Source of the DNA: Proteromonas lacertae
Taxonomy: Eukaryota
Reading direction: 5' to 3'
Length of the DNA stretch: 43,417 bases
NCBI GenBank assembly: GCA_002245135.1
Contig: NGBS01000926.1
Span: 1 to 43,417, forward strand
Positions within the stretch are counted from its first letter, which is position 1, and each line of letters begins with the position of its first letter. Below are positions 1-13,538 of the stretch, in pieces. The position numbers were made by a program, and so were the translations under genes. Under the pieces are notes generated by a model, which worked only from the letters and a program-made list of their open reading frames with translations, had not been told where the DNA came from and searched no databases.

Positions 1-1180
1 TTAATTCAAATGTATCAGTTGTTTTAATTGTCTTAATGTCAGTATATTATGGTGATAAAATGATTTATCCTAGCTATAATGCTATAGTTCCTGTAATATT
101 AAGTGTATATATACTATATTGTTTTAATAAATATAGTATTATCACTAATACACTAATTTGTATCATTGGTAATTATTCTTATTCTATTTACCTTATTCAT
201 TTTCCTATCAAAAGTATTATTATAAAGCATGAATCAGTGTTTTATTTATTATTAATATTATCAGTTGCTTTATCTCATAACTATATTGAAATTCCATTTT
301 ATAAAGGACCATTTATTTTTTCAAATTTAATTACATTTTTAATTTCTTCCTTATTAATACTATTATTATATATATTAATCATTAATCTTAATAGAATAGC
401 GAGTAGTAGATTAATAAAAATAAAACATTATACTTCTCCAGAATTGTTAAGGAATTTAAGATGAATCAAAGGAATTATTGCTGCTTGAATGATAAATCAA
501 CAGTTTTTAAATCATCTATACTTTTTATTGGCGATTCTCATATTCAACAATATATAATTGCCATATTTAATAGTAAATATAGATACAACTATCATTTAGT
601 TAATTTATTTGTAAATGCATATTCATATAATAATAGACTATTGAATAATTATATTAAGAATTATTTTAACAAATATTCATTCAGTCTTTGTATAATTGGA
701 AATGTCATTTTGACAAATATAACGGTTTTTGGTATGTATGGCATGTCTTATAAAGTACTAAATATATGCAAAAAAATATTACTTAGTAATGATAATCCCA
801 GGCAAACAAATGATCCAAATTCATGTACCATACACAATAAAAACAATTGTTATGGAGAAGTAAATAAAACATGCATTTTAGTTAAGAAATTAATAAAACC
901 AAATAGCAACAAAATAGATATAGCAACATTTTGGGATGAAAGAATAATAATTAATAATAAATGTTATTACTATTTTAATAATATACCAATATATTCTGAT
1001 ACAAACCATTTCAGTATTCTTTATTTGAAAACAATCTCCAAAAGAATAATTAACATAATATCAAAATATGTTGAAAATGATAATCGTTATAAATATGATC
1101 AATACTGTGGATATTATCATATGCCAAACTATAATAATGCATTAGCTAATTTAAATAATGAAAAGTGTTCTGAAACTTAG
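1..1180 (+). CDS. Acyltransferase-3 + SGNH (OafA/OatA-like) gene A, 3' part; 1-nt frameshift near 450
   Basis: Mirror of 13539-15361. Motifs GNYSYSIYLIHFP, IGDSH (SGNH block I) and YSDTNH (DxxH). The frameshift is GG vs GGG relative to the other copy. Confidence 0.85.
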
Positions 1181-1645
1181 TTTTAAAAAATCTTGCCATT
1201 TTCATATACAAAATCAATAAATTCAATATATTTATAGTAATATTATGTAAAACTGTGAAATATTTTCAATTAAATTATGTAAATTATTTATATTGTTTAT
1301 CATCAATCTGTCTTGATATTTCATCATTATCATCCTGATGAATCTCGCATAGTTTTGCTCATCTCTTGAGTAATATTTGAATTTAAACAAATAATTAGCA
1401 AAGTGGAATATATAAATAACTCTAGATTTAAGAGCTGTCACTAGATACAAAGATGAGTTCCAGGCTTACTCAAAAAGATTAATGGTACGAAGGAAATTAT
1501 GCTGGATAAAAGACATAATCAGGCTTACTCCAATAATTGGATAATGGATGAGATATAGATATTGGGAGAAGATTTAATTAGTTAAAAATTCTAATTCCTT
1601 AAATCATAATATCTTTGAATTGTGTTATTTGGGTTTATTATATAT

Positions 1646-2617
1646 CAGGGTTGCATTTATCGGCCAAAACCTATAGGTCAAACCTATCGGTCATAGGTCA
1701 AGTGACCTACAGCTACCTGTACTAACTATTAGCTGACCTTTGTTATGTTTTCTGTTTCTAATCATTATATCATGTACATAATCAAAATATAAACCTATAT
1801 ATATCATTTCTTAAAAAACACATTTGACCGAGCGGTCGATTTACTTTTTTATTTTTGTAAATCAGATTTTATGCTCTATGATGATTAATAAAATTATAAT
1901 ATGAGTATAGTGTATGTAATATATAAGAATAAACAATGAGAAAGAAAAAGAAAAAAGCTTGGCTTGAATTAATCAATATTCATTTCTCATTTAGTAAAAG
2001 TGTGAAATAACATGTATATATATGTCATATAAAATTATAGGCAAATAAATCTACCTCCAAATGCATCAAAAGAAGTGATGAACCTTGCTGCAGCTGATAA
2101 ATTAGAGAAATTGGATTTTAACTATGAAAAGAAGTACTGGAATAATGTATATAAAATTAAAGGGAGTAATTTCTGTGTATGTATACATTGTGGTGTAGAA
2201 TACACTTGCAATAACAAAAATGGAAAAGCGATTAAGTTACATATGCAAAACGTTCACAACATTGTTGATCAAATAGACAGTAAAATAAATTGCTAATTTC
2301 GAGAAATAGAGATTTATAAAATATAAAAACATTATTTCTTATTATCATTTGGAATAGAATACTAAAAATAAATAAAATAATAAGAAGATTTAGCAAATGT
2401 GTAAGTTGTACGATAGTATTTATTTAATATTAAAAGCAAAGTATTACTACAATGTTGCAATATACTATTTTTCATTCTTTTTATAAAACAAATATCTTTC
2501 CATAATGAATTAAAATAGATTTTAATAAAATGAAGCTTGATATGTTTGACAGACCGATGGTCAACGCAAAACCAGCGGTTTTGACCTATATTGGTCGGTT
2601 GACCAATAAATACAACC

Positions 2618-2620
<3 letters not shown>
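1646..2620 (+). mobile_element. Non-autonomous hAT-family element with a BED zinc-finger remnant
   Basis: TIRs CAGGGTTGCATTTAT / ATAAATACAACCCTG, subterminal GGTCA/TGACC repeats, flanks TTATATAT vs ATATATAT (7/8 TSD-like). ORF 2075..2296 has W..CIHC...HMQNVH. Confidence 0.85.

Positions 2621-2658
<38 letters not shown>
2620..2658. repeat. (TA)n microsatellite at the hAT end (shorter in the mirror copy, ~12067-12098)
   Basis: Seen directly in the sequence. Confidence 0.9.
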
Positions 2659-2661
<3 letters not shown>

Positions 2662-2871
2662 TAACCGTTGTAAAGGCTTGATCAAATAAGTTATTATAAT
2701 AAGGATTTATTAATTATAATAATGGATATGTTACATATCTTCGATATGAATAATACTAATACAGCTTTTTTTCTTCCTTTTAATTTAATAATAGTTTAAT
2801 AGTAATTATTTAGGTTGGTATTTCTATAATTATAGTGAAAACAATAAAATTAAAACAAACATTAAAGATTT

Positions 2872-4717
2872 ATGTTTAGAAAAGATATTGAGGGATTGAG
2901 AGGTTTAGCTGTTTTGTTTGTTGTTTTATATCATTGTGATTTGATATTTTTTTCTGGAGGATTTATTGGTGTTGATATATTCTTTACTATATCTGGTTAT
3001 TTAATTACTGGAATAGTTTTTTAAAAATATACAAATAAATAACTTGTCTATTTTAAGTTTTTATAATAATAGATGTAAAAGGATATTACCAAATTCAATT
3101 ATTGTGATAGTTGTAATTGGATTATTACAGTATAAAAATGAAGATATAGCATATAGCATAAAAATATATAAGGATTGTATTTGGGCTATTCTTTTCAATG
3201 CAAATACTAATTATTACATCCAATCTTTAGATTATTATCAATCCTTTCAAAAACAAACCCCAATTCTACACTATTGGTCATTATCATTAGAAGAGCAATT
3301 TTATTTCATATACCCATTTCTTGTATTATTATTATATAAATATGATATTAATACAATACTACTATTTTTTCTCTTTATTTCTTAATATATATGTATAAAG
3401 TATACATATTTAGATAAATCATTTTCATATTATATTATTTTTTCTAGAGCATGGCAAATCCTTTCAGGTGGTATGGTTAAGATATATGAAAATGAATATA
3501 ATGTAATTAAATATTCAAATATATCACTTTTGATGTTAATATTATTATCAAATATGTATAATAAATATATTAATTATCCTGGATTATATTCTATATTAAC
3601 AATTATATTATCCGTTCTAATATTAAAAAGTGACAATGAATATAACATAATATTAGAAACAAAAATACTAAGAAAATGTGGAGAATTGTCATTTTCTTTA
3701 TATCTTGTTCATTATCCTATTATAACATTAATTACTGATGATAGAGTAACATATAAATTATTTTTAATGTTAATATTTACATATGCTTTACATTTACTAG
3801 TCGAAAAGCCTTTTCGTTATAACAATAATCTTTACAAAATATACTCGCCATTAAAATTAAGTCTATTAATTATAACATTAACAATTCTGTTATTATTAGA
3901 GTTAATTAATCTATTAAATTTTATATTATATAATAAAAAGAACTCTAAAAAATACGAATATAAAACATTGCAGAATAATTTCAATACTTTTGTAAAATTA
4001 GGATGTTATGTATGTTGTTCAAATGAATTAAATGAAGTAGTATTTAATAAAAACATTTTCTTTCTAGGAGATTCACATGCAAGAGCATTAATATTCTCAA
4101 TTCAAGAATATGCTAAGAAATATGGATGGAAAATCTATCATAGATGGATTCCATATATTAATGTAATAAACAATAACATTAAACTATATGAAAAAATATT
4201 AGGTAACAAAGTGTATGATTTAATTATCACTACATATAAGTATCCTACTAATAAAAATGAAAGGATATTATTCCAAACAAACTTTATTACAAACTTGAAG
4301 TTTATAATCTCAAAAGCTGAATATATTATAGTTGTTGATGACAATCCATGTCTTACAATTAATCCCAATGAAATATTAGTGTATAATAATCGTGAATTTG
4401 TCTATCTAAATAAAGAATGTAAATTGTCGCCTTCATTTGTTTTACCGAATATTACTAAAATAAAACATATTAGTTTCTCCAAATATTATTTTAAAAGAGA
4501 CAAATGTTTTTTAGTTTATAACAAAACAGTTGTATATATTGATGATAATCATTTATCAATTGATTTTCTAAGAGTTATAGGAAAAGAATTGTTTATCAAA
4601 ATAATTACATTACCACGCTTTAATATTACTAATAGAAAAATGAACTTTACATATGATTGCATCTTCTGGATTCCACAAAAAGATCCACATTATCAACATT
4701 GTAAAAAGTGTGTATAA
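2872..4717 (+). pseudogene. Acyltransferase-3 + SGNH gene B, left copy (poly-T frameshift near 3020, in-frame TAA at 3383-3385)
   Basis: [59 protein letters not shown]. Confidence 0.85.
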
Positions 4718-4883
4718 TGAATTGTATTGATTATACCCTAAAAAATACAAATTAGGGATATTATTCCTACATCAGCTTGATAATCACACCAAGAAAAGAC
4801 TACGATGTGGAGTATTCGCTACCTACAAGACAAGAAGATGGAGTTTTTTGGTAGGAAATCCCATCTTTGTTATACAATATAAG

Positions 4884-4975
4884 AGGTTATTTAACAGATT
4901 TAGGAGAAAAAGATTCTAGATCTTCTTATATTGTTGCTATAAATAATGTTATTAATAATTATAAACATTGTAAAT
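4884..4975 (+). pseudogene. Fragment of the fucosyltransferase-like gene at 17248-17360, with a 21-nt internal deletion (mirror ~9751-9842)
   Basis: Translates GYLTDLGEKDSR-SSYIVAINNVINNYKHCK, versus GYLSDFGEKDSRFFSNSSISSYIVAINNVINNYKHCK in ORF 16655..17623. Confidence 0.8.
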
Positions 4976-5484
4976 ATATATGTATAACCGTAAGAATATC
5001 ACTGTAGGTAGGTAACCCGTACCAGACTATTCTTAGGTGCCTTCTACGGATAAGAATAAGCGATTTGAGTGTAAATTAGTTTTTGGTACGGGTTATACTG
5101 GAGTAAGCGGTGAGTTTAAATTTCTTTATATATTTTTGTGTATGAGTAATTGAAAACTTTTTTTAGAACGGCTGTTCAAATTTTTAATACCCTATTTCTA
5201 GTGGTGTTACAGCCTTTATATTAAATTTCTTCTAGATATAGATAAGTAATTAAGAGTTTCTGAAACTATCTGTGAATTTCGTTTACTTACGATTATTTCA
5301 TTTTGACATTAGTTTAAAAATTGAGATCCAAACAAAAGTTCATAATATCTGCAATTAGGACCTCCAATTATTTCCGTAATAATATGTTTATTTAATATAA
5401 AAAAAATACAAAACATTTTCACAAAGCAAACCTCAAGTTTGAATGATTTTAATATTTTCATTTTTTAAGCTCTTTATTCAATAG

Positions 5485-5696
5485 ATGAATTAGAAATATT
5501 ATTATGTGGTTTTATGATTAATATACAAAGACACAGTGGTGCTAGAATTAAAATAAAGTGAATATGTTACATATTAGAAGTGATCTCAAAGAGAAGTCCA
5601 AAAAATGAATTAGAAATATTATTATGTGGTTTTATGATTAATATACAAAGACACAGTGGTGCTAGAATTAAGATACAGTAAATGTGTTACATGTTA
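5485..5696 (+). repeat. 120-bp-period tandem duplication (67-bp identical core at 5485-5551 and 5605-5671), present only in the left arm
   Basis: The right arm (~9175-9241) has a single copy. Confidence 0.9.
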
Positions 5697-6263
5697 TTTT
5701 ATGGTTACTAGTCATTATGGATAATTTAATTAAAATATGAAAGAGAATATTGTTTTTGGTTGTTACAATTAAATTGAATATGTAGATGAAGTAATATACT
5801 AACAATGTTGATGATGAACATCAAGAATTGTAGCAGAATTAGGAAAATGTTTGAGAAGAAGATTTATTGGAATTTAAATGGTGAATCTGACACACCCACT
5901 GGCTTTTAGTTATTTAGCAAAGGAAAGAAAAATAATAGTAACAACTACTCTAGTAATAAACTTAATATCTGGATCTAATTATAAAATAATATGGATCGAA
6001 TAAGATTTGATTGTTGATGCTCTTTTAGACAGATCTTAGATATGCTATTTATACACATATTTATTTTTCTTCTTGTATGGAATACAACATAGTGTTGATT
6101 GGTTATCCTCAATAATTCTTTTTTAATAATAAAATAAAGGGGTATTTGGAGGAAATTTTGGTTAATTAAGAATTGCATTTCTACTAGTTTTGTTGTTTGT
6201 TTTGAAATAAAGCTGTAATTTTTTATTTGCGTATATCTAATTATATAGACTAATTGTACCAGT

Positions 6264-8295
6264 ATGAATAAAATTGAAATTGTAAATGAATGTGTAGTGA
6301 TTCCTGTTAGCAGGGACAGTCACTCAATAGTCGATGGCAGATGTAAAGAGCTGGCAAAGGTGTGCAAAATATACCCACCTTTTGAGACGTTTGCAGATAT
6401 ACACGAAGATATATTTAAATCCAAGTTCAAAACGAAAGGTGATGTTTATTTTATCGTTCATCTTTATGGGTATCAAGTAGGTTTTAAACCAGTTGTGTAT
6501 TATTCAAGTCATGCAAAGAAGGAATTAACATTTTCCTGTGATTATGAAGGAGGATGTAATTTTTGCGTTAAGGTTGATTATACTAAAGAAATAATAGTTG
6601 AATTTACATCTCACAATCATAAGTTGAATAGAATAATAGATAAAAGAACAATTTATAAATTGACTAATGATATTGAAAATGAAGTAATTTCAATGGCTAA
6701 GAACACAAAATCATTATTGCCAAATATTATTAAAACAGTTAAGGATAGATATAGAATAACTAATAATGTAGAAAAGCAGATAAAAACAAAAGTTATTAAT
6801 TTCAAAAAAGAATTAAGAAATGAAGAAGAAGGGATGCGAAGATTTTTCTTTAATGCTGAACAAAAATATACTGTATACAAAAATAAAGATACAGTTTTAG
6901 TTATTATGGACCAAGAAAGGGTGCAAAAATATTCGACTTTGGTTTGTGATGGAACTTTCAATGTATTTTTGAATAATATGCAACTGTATCTAGCACAAGT
7001 TATTGTTAGTTGCTTTTGCAATAACTAGAAAAAAAGACAAATCCACATATCTTTTTATATATCAAAAACTTAATACAAACGGCAATATAGTAAGTGTTAT
7101 ACATGACAAAGAGCTTGCCGTTTTATATGCCCTTCGTGAATTAAATATCCAGTTTGTTATAGATACCTTCCACTTTCTAATATATATTCGAGATAAAGCA
7201 TTAAAAAGTATTTTATATAATTATATAACCAATCCACTGCAAAGAGAAATAATTGTAGAAAATACAAGTGATAAATATAAGTCGTATTTTACAAAAGATG
7301 GTGTTTCTGAAATGGGTATATATGGATGCCATAGCACTAGCGCGGTTGAAGTATTAAATCATTATATTAAAAGTTCACTTAAACATCGTAGATCCAGATA
7401 TGATGCAGTATTGACAGTATTGGAAGACATCTACAAAAAACAATATAAAATAATTAATGAAATCATTACTGTTAATAACGATAAATTAGATGAAATATCC
7501 TCGATGCTATGGGATGAATGTGCTGCAAATTTCATTTATCAAAGTTCAATTCTTTGCGATTCAATTTATGAATGTTGGTATAATGAAGAAAAAAGTGAGT
7601 ATATTTTGAAGAATGAGAATGATAAATATATTGTAAGTTGTAATAATGATGTAATTAGCTGTAATTGTGGATATAGAATGGTAACAGGAATACCATGTTC
7701 GCATATACTTTATATTAAAGTAAAATTTGATATAAAAGTGAATACTTATAAATTAATATGCAACGAGTGTTTTAAAAGTTACTTTTTTAGTAGTATACCA
7801 ATTACAGATTGTTATTTCAGTAAAATTCATTATCCAACAGAAGTAGTAGAAAGTATAGAAAAAAATTTAAATGAAAAAGAGGTATATAATAACATTATTA
7901 ATTATGAAAACATAAACATTGATGAAGAAGAATTTATCAAATTAAAAGCTTCTATTCATAAATCATATTTTTCATCTATGTTACAAAGTATTAAAGATGA
8001 TACAATAACAGAAATATTCCAATCACTAATAAATTATATATATGATAAAATAGCAGAAAATGAATTTAAAAAATTCATAGCAAAAGATTATAGCAATATT
8101 GAAAAAGAAGCATCAGAGATAATAATAACAGCAATATATTTATTCATAAGTAATTCTGAGGAAGGATATAAAATAATTAAAGATGATGCTACTTTAAACT
8201 ATATAAATAATCTCTCTACAAAAAGAACAATTTATATGTCAAAGAGGATTGAATGTTCATACGAAAAAAAGAATAAAAGAAAGAAAATAAACTAA
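6264..8295 (+). CDS. MULE/Mutator transposase with SWIM zinc finger, split by a frameshift near 7003-7028
   Basis: N-terminal CDYEGGC...HNH finger, VCDGTF (D1), IHDKE (D2), DTFH, STSAVEVLN (E), SWIM CNCGYRMVTGIPCSH. Confidence 0.85.
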
Positions 8296-10008
8296 ATTTT
8301 AATTATAATATTATATAATTATAATGGTTATATTATACGATTTTATTATTTTATCTTGAATATCTATTCAAATACTATACCATTATACTATCAATATTTT
8401 ATCATTTATTCATTCTTTTATCATGTATTTACATTCTTCATATAAACTGTAATAATATATATTAATATTTTCTTTTGTTTTATTGATATTATTATCTTCA
8501 TTGAATAACAATTTCTTATTATCAATATTGATAATACACTTCTCTAATCACATTCTAATTCATTAAATTCTTATAGTGTTGTGAAGTATAAATCATATAA
8601 TCTCATATTCTCTTCTTTTCTAATACTTATTTATTATTAAATGAAATTAATATCACATTAACAAATTATTATAGTATTTAAAATATCAATTTCAATCCTT
8701 TTGAAGTAATTTTTAACTAACATAGCTTAAAAACATTTATTAACACTTTTTTAATCATTCTAATGAAATCGAAATATTCAGTTATAGCATCTTAACTTCA
8801 AATCAATTATGCTACATCCTTATATAGCAATAAACTATAAAATATTTTCATAATAATCTAATGGCTATTAGAATAAGTAATTAAGTCTATTACTAGAGTT
8901 GTTGTTACTGTTATTTTTCCTTCCTTTGCTAAATAACTAAAAGCCAGTGGGTGTGTCAGATTCACCATTTAAATTCCAATAAATCTTCTTCTCAAACATT
9001 TTCCTAATTCTGCTACAATTCTTGATGTTCATCATCAACATTGTTAGTATATTACTTCATCTACATATTCAATTTAATTGTAACAACCAAAAACAATATT
9101 CTCTTTCATATTTTAATTAAATTATCCATAATGACTAGTAACCATAAAATAACATGTAACACATTTACTGTATCTTAATTCTAGCACCACTGTGTCTTTG
9201 TATATTAATCATAAAACCACATAATAATATTTCTAATTCATCTATTGAATAAAGAGCTTAAAAAATGAAAATATTAAAATCATTCAAACTTGAGGTTTGC
9301 TTTGTGAAAATGTTTTGTATTTTTTTTATATTAAATAAACATATTATTACGGAAATAATTGGAGGTCCTAATTGCAGATATTATGAACTTTTGTTTGGAT
9401 CTCAATTTTTAAACTAATGTCAAAATGAAATAATCGTAAGTAAACGAAATTCACAGATAGTTTCAGAAACTCTTAATTACTTATCTATATCTAGAAGAAA
9501 TTTAATATAAAGGCTGTAACACCACTAGAAATAGGGTATTAAAAATTTGAACAGCCGTTCTAAAAAAAGTTTTCAATTACTCATACACAAAAATATATAA
9601 AGAAATTTAAACTCACCGCTTACTCCAGTATAACCCGTACCAAAAACTAATTTACACTCAAATCGCTTATTCTTATCCGTAGAAGGCACCTAAGAATAGT
9701 CTGGTACGGGTTACCTACCTACAGTGATATTCTTACGGTTATACATATATATTTACAATGTTTATAATTATTAATAACATTATTTATAGCAACAATATAA
9801 GAAGATCTAGAATCTTTTTCTCCTAAATCTGTTAAATAACCTCTTATATTGTATAACAAAGATGGGATTTCCTACCAAAAAACTCCATCTTCTTGTCTTG
9901 TAGGTAGCGAATACTCCACATCGTAGTCTTTTCTTGGTGTGATTATCAAGCTGATGTAGGAATAATATCCCTAATTTGTATTTTTTAGGGTATAATCAAT
10001 ACAATTCA

Positions 10009-11853
10009 TTATACACACTTTTTACAATGTTGATAATGTGGATCTTTTTGTGGAATCCAGAAGATGCAATCATATGTAAAGTTCATTTTTCTATTAGTAA
10101 TATTAAAGCGTGGTAATGTAATTATTTTGATAAACAATTCTTTTCCTATAACTCTTAGAAAATCAATTGATAAATGATTATCATCAATATATACAACTGT
10201 TTTGTTATAAACTAAAAAACATTTGTCTCTTTTAAAATAATATTTGGAGAAACTAATATGTTTTATTTTAGTAATATTCGGTAAAACAAATGAAGGCGAC
10301 AATTTACATTCTTTATTTAGATAGACAAATTCACGATTATTATACACTAATATTTCATTGGGATTAATTGTAAGACATGGATTGTCATCAACAACTATAA
10401 TATATTCAGCTTTTGAGATTATAAACTTCAAGTTTGTAATAAAGTTTGTTTGGAATAATATCCTTTCATTTTTATTAGTAGGATACTTATATGTAGTGAT
10501 AATTAAATCATACACTTTGTTACCTAATATTTTTTCATATAGTTTAATGTTATTGTTTATTACATTAATATATGGAATCCATCTATGATAGATTTTCCAT
10601 CCATATTTCTTAGCATATTCTTGAATTGAGAATATTAATGCTCTTGCATGTGAATCTCCTAGAAAGAAAATGTTTTTATTAAATACTACTTCATTTAATT
10701 CATTTGAACAACATACATAACATCCTAATTTTACAAAAGTATTGAAATTATTCTGCAATGTTTTATATTCGTATTTTTTAGAGTTCTTTTTATTATATAA
10801 TATAAAATTTAATAGATTAATTAACTCTAATAATAACAGAATTGTTAATGTTATAATTAATAGACTTAATTTTAATGGCGAGTATATTTTGTAAAGATTA
10901 TTGTTATAACGAAAAGGCTTTTCGACTAGTAAATGTAAAGCATATGTAAATATTAACATTAAAAATAATTTATATGTTACTCTATCATCAGTAATTAATG
11001 TTATAATAGGATAATGAACAAGATATAAAGAAAATGACAATTCTCCACATTTTCTTAGTATTTTTGTTTCTAATATTATGTTATATTCATTGTCACTTTT
11101 TAATATTAGAACGGATAATATAATTGTTAATATAGAATATAATCCAGGATAATTAATATATTTATTATACATATTTGATAATAATATTAACATCAAAAGT
11201 GATATATTTGAATATTTAATTACATTATATTCATTTTCATATATCTTAACCATACCACCTGAAAGGATTTGCCATGCTCTAGAAAAAATAATATAATATG
11301 AAAATGATTTATCTAAATATGTATACTTTATACATATATATTAAGAAATAAAGAGAAAAAATAGTAGTATTGTATTAATATCATATTTATATAATAATAA
11401 TACAAGAAATGGGTATATGAAATAAAATTGCTCTTCTAATGATAATGACCAATAGTGTAGAATTGGGGTTTGTTTTTGAAAGGATTGATAATAATCTAAA
11501 GATTGGATGTAATAATTAGTATTTGCATTGAAAAGAATAGCCCAAATACAATCCTTATATATTTTTATGCTATATGCTATATCTTCATTTTTATACTGTA
11601 ATAATCCAATTACAACTATCACAATAATTGAATTTGGTAATATCCTTTTACATCTATTATTATAAAAACTTAAAATAGACAAGTTATTTATTTGTATATT
11701 TTTAAAAACTATTCCAGTAATTAAATAACCAGATATAGTAAAGAATATATCAACACCAATAAATCCTCCAGAAAAAAATATCAAATCACAATGATATAAA
11801 ACAACAAACAAAACAGCTAAACCTCTCAATCCCTCAATATCTTTTCTAAACAT
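10009..11853 (-). pseudogene. Acyltransferase-3 + SGNH gene B, right copy (single in-frame TAA at 11341-11343)
   Basis: ORFs 11341..11853 and 10009..11253 are in the same frame and carry the same motifs as the left copy. Confidence 0.85.
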
Positions 11854-12063
11854 AAATCTTTAATGTTTGTTTTAATTTTATTGTTTTCACTATAATTATA
11901 GAAATACCAACCTAAATAATTACTATTAAACTATTATTAAATTAAAAGGAAGAAAAAAAGCTGTATTAGTATTATTCATATCGAAGATATGTAACATATC
12001 CATTATTATAATTAATAAATCCTTATTATAATAACTTATTTGATCAAGCCTTTACAACGGTTA

Positions 12064-12098
<35 letters not shown>

Positions 12099-12101
<3 letters not shown>

Positions 12102-13073
12102 GGTTGTATTTATTGGTCAACCGACCAATATAGGTCAAAACCGCTGGTTTTGCGTTGACCATCGGTCTGTCAAACATATCAAGCTTCATTTTATTAAAAT
12201 CTATTTTAATTCATTATGGAAAGATATTTGTTTTATAAAAAGAATGAAAAATAGTATATTGCAACATTGTAGTAATACTTTGCTTTTAATATTAAATAAA
12301 TACTATCGTACAACTTACACATTTGCTAAATCTTCTTATTATTTTATTTATTTTTAGTATTCTATTCCAAATGATAATAAGAAATAATGTTTTTATATTT
12401 TATAAATCTCTATTTCTCGAAATTAGCAATTTATTTTACTGTCTATTTGATCAACAATGTTGTGAACGTTTTGCATATGTAACTTAATCGCTTTTCCATT
12501 TTTGTTATTGCAAGTGTATTCTACACCACAATGTATACATACACAGAAATTACTCCCTTTAATTTTATATACATTATTCCAGTACTTCTTTTCATAGTTA
12601 AAATCCAATTTCTCTAATTTATCAGCTGCAGCAAGGTTCATCACTTCTTTTGATGCATTTGGAGGTAGATTTATTTGCCTATAATTTTATATGACATATA
12701 TATACATGTTATTTCACACTTTTACTAAATGAGAAATGAATATTGATTAATTCAAGCCAAGCTTTTTTCTTTTTCTTTCTCATTGTTTATTCTTATATAT
12801 TACATACACTATACTCATATTATAATTTTATTAATCATCATAGAGCATAAAATCTGATTTACAAAAATAAAAAAGTAAATCGACCGCTCGGTCAAATGTG
12901 TTTTTTAAGAAATGATATATATAGGTTTATATTTTGATTATGTACATGATATAATGATTAGAAACAGAAAACATAACAAAGGTCAGCTAATAGTTAGTAC
13001 AGGTAGCTGTAGGTCACTTGACCTATGACCGATAGGTTTGACCTATAGGTTTTGGCCGATAAATGCAACCCTG
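12099..13073 (-). mobile_element. Mirror copy of the hAT-derived element at 1646-2620
   Basis: CAGGGTTGTATTTAT...ATAAATGCAACCCTG, BED ORF 12423..12644. Confidence 0.85.
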
Positions 13074-13538
13074 ATATATAATAAACCCAAATAACACAAT
13101 TCAAAGATATTATGATTTAAGGAATTAGAATTTTTAACTAATTAAATCTTCTCCCAATATCTATATCTCATCCATTATCCAATTATTGGAGTAAGCCTGA
13201 TTATGTCTTTTATCCAGCATAATTTCCTTCGTACCATTAATCTTTTTGAGTAAGCCTGGAACTCATCTTTGTATCTAGTGACAGCTCTTAAATCTAGAGT
13301 TATTTATATATTCCACTTTGCTAATTATTTGTTTAAATTCAAATATTACTCAAGAGATGAGCAAAACTATGCGAGATTCATCAGGATGATAATGATGAAA
13401 TATCAAGACAGATTGATGATAAACAATATAAATAATTTACATAATTTAATTGAAAATATTTCACAGTTTTACATAATATTACTATAAATATATTGAATTT
13501 ATTGATTTTGTATATGAAAATGGCAAGATTTTTTAAAA

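Larger units (their letters stand above)
1..5965 (+). repeat. Left arm of a giant inverted repeat (pairs with 8881-14718; probably extends left of the window)
   Basis: Base 1 onward is the reverse complement of 14718 downward, and the ORF track shows mirror-identical proteins (3473..4717 + vs 10009..11253 -). Similarity ends at 5965/8881. Confidence 0.97.
4982..9744 (+). mobile_element. Mutator-like element with long TIRs (~4982-5965 and 8881-9744); outer limits inferred
   Basis: Central MULE transposase. Host-derived similarity stops at ~4980, where a GC-richer block with repeated TAACC(C)GTA motifs begins. A TSD cannot be assessed because the flanks are themselves inverted. Confidence 0.65.

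Noticed and set aside
1232..1600. 72-aa ORF and short CAGGCTTACTC direct repeats (1461, 1520)
   Set aside because: No recognisable motif; possibly old element debris, but not supportable.
2362..2685. 107-aa ORF (and its mirror 12040..12357)
   Set aside because: It reads through a (TA)n microsatellite and a hAT terminus; spurious.
3383..3385. Stop-codon reassignment as an explanation for in-frame TAA/TGA
   Set aside because: TAA, TAG and TGA all terminate intact genes in this window; sporadic nonsense mutations are simpler.
5485..5696. Repeat-spacer-repeat pattern resembling CRISPR
   Set aside because: Only two long units, eukaryotic context and no cas genes; a simple tandem duplication.
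6653..7021. Antisense ORFs over real genes (also 4138..4368, 20234..20443, 21219..21587, 32562..32963, 34940..35287)
   Set aside because: Shadow frames of motif-bearing genes on the opposite strand.
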